This document shows positions 14,406 through 17,542 of a DNA stretch of 17,542 nt, in pieces. Location of the stretch: the NCBI GenBank assembly GCA_036338695.1, contig JAYZBQ010000069.1, positions 1-17,542 of the forward strand. Reading direction: 5' to 3'. The stretch is from Myxococcota bacterium. Lineage in GTDB: Bacteria; Myxococcota; UBA4151. The notes beneath the pieces were generated by a model. That model was not told the DNA's origin. It worked only from the letters and a program-made list of their open reading frames with translations, and made no database searches. Position numbers and translations under genes: made by a program. The stretch's first letter is position 1. Each line of letters starts with the position of its first letter.

Positions 14406-16861
14406 TGCGGCTCCTCCTTAGCGGGTGGTGTGGTCTCGCCCTAGCGGTCTTTGGCTCACAGCCTGCGCACGCAGCCAAACCCAAACCGCTGCCTGTCCCC
14501 AAAGACCCGCTGGCGCTCGCAACACCGACATGGACAGCCGGCCCTGCCGCTCGTGGGCGCGTTGCTTCGCAGCCTGGCAAGGGGTTGCGCCTCGGCGCCG
14601 TCTACCCGGCGCCTCCAACGCATAAGCACCCGCAGCCCGCCGAGGCGATCTCGCTCTTCAACGCATCACCCGAACCTATCAAGCTCTCGGGGTTGCGGGT
14701 TGAGGTCGTGAGCTACAAGCGTGGTCAAGAGAAGCGCCGGTCGATGACGGTCTCGGGGCGGGGCGTGGTCGAGCCAGGCGAGGAGCTCTGGCTGGCGGCG
14801 GACGCGGCTCAGTTCGGGCGGCAGTTTGGACGGCTGCCGACGATGGCTGCTTCAGGAGCCGGTGGTGAGGTCGTGAGCTTGGGCGATCGCTGGGCGCCTC
14901 TCCCGGACAGCAAAGGGCTGGTGCGGCTGTATCAGCCGGGTGTGGATCATGTGGACACGGTCGCCTACAACCTGACGCGCACGCCGTGGACGCCTCAAGG
15001 CGACGCGCTGTGGATCGGACCGGCCGTGGCGCCGATCCAGAACTCATCGGTGACCGGCAAGCGTCAGCTGATTCGAAGAGACCGTGATGCGCTGGGGGGT
15101 CTGCTGCCCGAGTTTGACGGCGCCAAAGACTATGACTCGTGTTCTTGGCACAGCGGGCTCGGCGACGATCCCGTTCACCGCTGCTTTCTGGCAGGGCAGT
15201 CCGACTTCCGCCCGAGGCGGCATGAGGGGGTGGCGGAGGTCGTGGCCACGTCCGCGCCGGACAACAACTTTAAAGGCTTGGTGCGGCGTTTTGACAGCGC
15301 ACAGCGCGAGATCTTGGTGAGCATTTATCATTTCACGGGTCGGCAGATCGCCGACTCGCTCGCACGGGCGGCGCAGCGTGGCGTCTCGGTCCATATCTAC
15401 GCAGAGGGCGTCCCGGTCGGCGGTTTGCCGGACAAGACCCTGCGCTTGTTTCGTCGGTTGATCCGCAGCGGCGTCACCGTGAGCATCCTGCGCGGTGACA
15501 AAGACAAGCAGAACCTCACGCGGTTCCGATACGACCACTCCAAGTATGCGATCATCGACCGAGAGTGGGTGGTGATCGGGACGGAGAATTACGGCACCAC
15601 TGGGCATCCGATCGACACGCGCTACGGCAACCGTGGCTGGGAGATCCAGATCAAGAACCCGGACCTCGTCGCCGACCTACTGAAGGTCTGGCGCTGGGAT
15701 ACCGGTCGCTCCAACCTTGACGTCGTGCTCGGGGATGAGCGCTTGCGAGTCGATGGAGGCGGCGCGGAGCAGGCGCCTGAGCTGGTCGGTCCCTCGAAGT
15801 CCAAATCTAAGCCGAAGCGCTTGGGCACGTACCTGAACCCAGCGGTGCCCTTATCGAGCCAAGGCGAGATGGCGCTGCAGCTGGTCTTGAGCCCGGACAA
15901 CAGCCTGTCGGAGCGCGGCGCCATCATCGGGATGGTGAACGCAGCGCAGCGCGAGCTGCTCGTGTTGCAGAACTCGATGCCCACCCGATGGGGTCGAGGG
16001 CGCAAAAAAGTCGCCTCACCGCTCGTGAGCGCCGTGGTGGCTGCGGCGCGCCGCGGGGTCAAGACGCGGGTGCTGCTCGACGCCGTCTTTTATCAGCTCG
16101 ACCCGCTCAAGCCCGATGGCAACGACGACACGGTCCGCTACCTCAACGCGCTCGCCAAAAAGGAGGGCTTGGACCTCAAGGCGCGCATCATCGACCTAGA
16201 GACCATCGGTCTGTCAAAGATCCACGCTAAGGGGGTGCTGGTCGACGGCGATAAGACCTTCGTCGGGAGTCAGAATTGGAGCGAGAACTCGTTTCGCGGC
16301 AACCGCGAGGTCGGCGTGGTCATCGAATCCAAAGCGGTGAATGGATACTACCGGCGCCTCTTTTGGAGGGACTGGCGGTACAGCCCATCGAGCCGACATC
16401 CGCTGATCAAGGCGGCTCGGGTTGGCAAGCGCACGGTGCCCGCCGGGGGATTCGTCGATCTGGTTGCGCGTCAGGGTGCGCGCTGTACGGTGCGCCGGCG
16501 CGCCCATGAAGGTCAGATCCCGTGCGAGCAGTTGGGTGTGCGCCACCTGTCTGCGAGTCAGACCTACGTGGAGGGTCCGGGGCCGGCGGTCGTCAGGGGC
16601 CGGGTGCGCAAGGTGCATCGGGCTAAAAACTTCGTCTACCTCAACTTTGGCGAGTTCTGGCGTCAGGACTATTCGGTCCAGATCCCGCTGAGCGTCGTTG
16701 AGACGCTGGCGGGACGGGGCGTTAACGTGTCGAGCCTGGCCGGTCAGGCGGTCCAAGTTCGTGGGCGCCTTGGGCGCTACAACGGACCCTCGCTGCGCGT
16801 GGAGCGAGCCGAAGACTTTGAGGTGCTGGGGCTTCGTAAAGGTTCGAGTCCGTGGCCCTAA
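14405..16861 (+). CDS. Secreted phospholipase D superfamily protein (lamin-tail-like domain, 2x HKD, C-terminal OB-like domain)
   Basis: Signal peptide ending AHA. EAISLFN....I.LSG.RV is lamin-tail-like. HSKYAIID..GTEN at 15536-15559 and HAKGVLVD..GSQN at 16223-16246 are the two HKD motifs. The C-terminal V.G.V..V....VYLNFG...D.SV.I...LAGQ.V.VRG.L..Y.G segment is OB-like. TAATG overlap with the lipoprotein gene. Confidence 0.85.
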   Translation: MRLLLSGWCGLALAVFGSQPAHAAKPKPLPVPKDPLALATPTWTAGPAARGRVASQPGKGLRLGAVYPAPPTHKHPQPAEAISLFNASPEPIKLSGLRVEVVSYKRGQEKRRSMTVSGRGVVEPGEELWLAADAAQFGRQFGRLPTMAASGAGGEVVSLGDRWAPLPDSKGLVRLYQPGVDHVDTVAYNLTRTPWTPQGDALWIGPAVAPIQNSSVTGKRQLIRRDRDALGGLLPEFDGAKDYDSCSWHSGLGDDPVHRCFLAGQSDFRPRRHEGVAEVVATSAPDNNFKGLVRRFDSAQREILVSIYHFTGRQIADSLARAAQRGVSVHIYAEGVPVGGLPDKTLRLFRRLIRSGVTVSILRGDKDKQNLTRFRYDHSKYAIIDREWVVIGTENYGTTGHPIDTRYGNRGWEIQIKNPDLVADLLKVWRWDTGRSNLDVVLGDERLRVDGGGAEQAPELVGPSKSKSKPKRLGTYLNPAVPLSSQGEMALQLVLSPDNSLSERGAIIGMVNAAQRELLVLQNSMPTRWGRGRKKVASPLVSAVVAAARRGVKTRVLLDAVFYQLDPLKPDGNDDTVRYLNALAKKEGLDLKARIIDLETIGLSKIHAKGVLVDGDKTFVGSQNWSENSFRGNREVGVVIESKAVNGYYRRLFWRDWRYSPSSRHPLIKAARVGKRTVPAGGFVDLVARQGARCTVRRRAHEGQIPCEQLGVRHLSASQTYVEGPGPAVVRGRVRKVHRAKNFVYLNFGEFWRQDYSVQIPLSVVETLAGRGVNVSSLAGQAVQVRGRLGRYNGPSLRVERAEDFEVLGLRKGSSPWP

Positions 16862-16892
16862 ACAGGAAGCGTCCAAACCATCAAAAGGGCCG

Positions 16893-16928
16893 TTGACACC
16901 GCATTTCGCCATCCCTATAAGCCGCCTC
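16893..16928 (+). promoter_or_regulatory. Sigma70 promoter of the tRNA-tuf operon with GC-rich discriminator
   Basis: TTGACA (16893-16898), a 17-nt spacer, TATAAG (16916-16921), then CCGCCTC. This is typical of stringently controlled stable-RNA promoters. Confidence 0.8.
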
Positions 16929-16946
16929 GCTCAGCCACTGAGTGAT

Positions 16947-17019
<73 letters not shown>

Positions 17020-17045
17020 CAAAATGATGGAGAAGCAATACTTTA

Positions 17046-17131
17046 GGAGGGGTACCCAAGCGGTCAACGGGAGCAGACTGTAAATCTGCCGTCTTTCGAC
17101 TACGTAGGTTCGAGTCCTACCCCCTCCACCA
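17046..17131 (+). tRNA. tRNA-Tyr (GTA)
   Basis: Acceptor GGAGGGG/CCCCTCC, anticodon arm GCAGA-CTGTAAA-TCTGC, long variable arm, TTCGAGT T-loop, encoded CCA. Confidence 0.97.
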
Positions 17132-17190
17132 TATTGTTTTGGAAGGAACACCACCGGGATAAACAGGTCGCAAAATACAATACATGGGCC

Positions 17191-17263
17191 GCGGGAGTAG
17201 CTCAGTTGGTAGAGCATCAGCCTTCCAAGCTGAATGTCGCGGGTTCGAGGCCCGTCTCCCGCT
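17191..17263 (+). tRNA. tRNA-Gly (TCC)
   Basis: Acceptor GCGGGAG/CTCCCGC, anticodon arm TCAGC-CTTCCAA-GCTGA and U73 discriminator. Followed by only CC before the next tRNA. Confidence 0.96.
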
Positions 17264-17265
17264 CC

Positions 17266-17341
<76 letters not shown>

Positions 17342-17402
17342 GCATTAGCACCCATCGTGGGTAGAAAAAGCGATCTGTCATCCCCCATTAGGAGGCCAAG
17401 AA

Positions 17403-17542
17403 ATGGCTAAAGAAAAGTTTGATCGTTCCAAGCCGCACTGCAACATCGGCACGATCGGTCACGTCGATCACGGCAAGACCACCCTGACTGCGGCGATCAC
17501 CCGCGTGCTGGCTGACGCTGGCTCGGCTGATTTCCAAGCCTT
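17403..17542 (+). CDS. tuf: Elongation factor Tu (5' part, runs off window)
   Basis: [33 protein letters not shown], with AGGAGG SD at 17390-17395. It follows the Thr-Tyr-Gly-Thr tRNA cluster as in tufB operons. Confidence 0.98.
   Translation, partial: MAKEKFDRSKPHCNIGTIGHVDHGKTTLTAAITRVLADAGSADFQA

Noticed and set aside
16840..16851. AGGTTCGAGTCC at the end of the PLD gene, identical to 12 nt of the tRNA-Tyr T-arm (17106-17117); possible att remnant
   Set aside because: It is only 12 bp, lies inside a coding sequence upstream of the tRNAs, and has no cloverleaf or integrase nearby. Chance is sufficient.
574..16912. Many long antisense or alternate-frame ORFs (e.g. 2511-3329, 10846-12009, 12666-14018, 16214-16912)
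   Set aside because: These are shadow ORFs expected opposite real genes in high-GC DNA, with no recognisable motifs.
17132..17182. AT-rich inverted repeat (TATTGTTTTG / CAAAATACAATA) in the Tyr-Gly tRNA spacer
   Set aside because: A weak stem, typical of tRNA operon spacers, with no evidence for a separate RNA.

Overview
GC-rich bacterial chromosomal window. It is probably from a Myxococcota or other deltaproteobacterial lineage, inferred from lpxC, sigma54-type promoter motifs and a Cys-rich lipoprotein. Gene order on the + strand: the 3' end of probable ruvA, ruvB, lpxC, rho (with a long low-complexity N-terminal extension), a 226-bp intergenic region, rng (RNase G/E family), a degenerate GT4-like glycosyltransferase, a patatin-like lipase, a Fic-fold protein lacking the catalytic His, and nfo. 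A convergent minus-strand gene encodes a secreted protein with a probable C-terminal beta-barrel. The + strand then continues with an IscS/NifS-type cysteine desulfurase, a Cys-rich lipoprotein, a secreted double-HKD phospholipase D-family protein with a C-terminal OB-like domain, and the classical tRNA-Thr/Tyr/Gly/Thr-tuf operon with its sigma70 promoter. No mobile element or CRISPR array is visible. The most striking unannotated feature is the rho-rng spacer. It contains an IHF site, a near-perfect sigma54 promoter, a 5' hairpin, an (AC)8 tract and an intrinsic terminator, consistent with a ~105-nt small RNA whose core is complementary to the rho 3' UTR.
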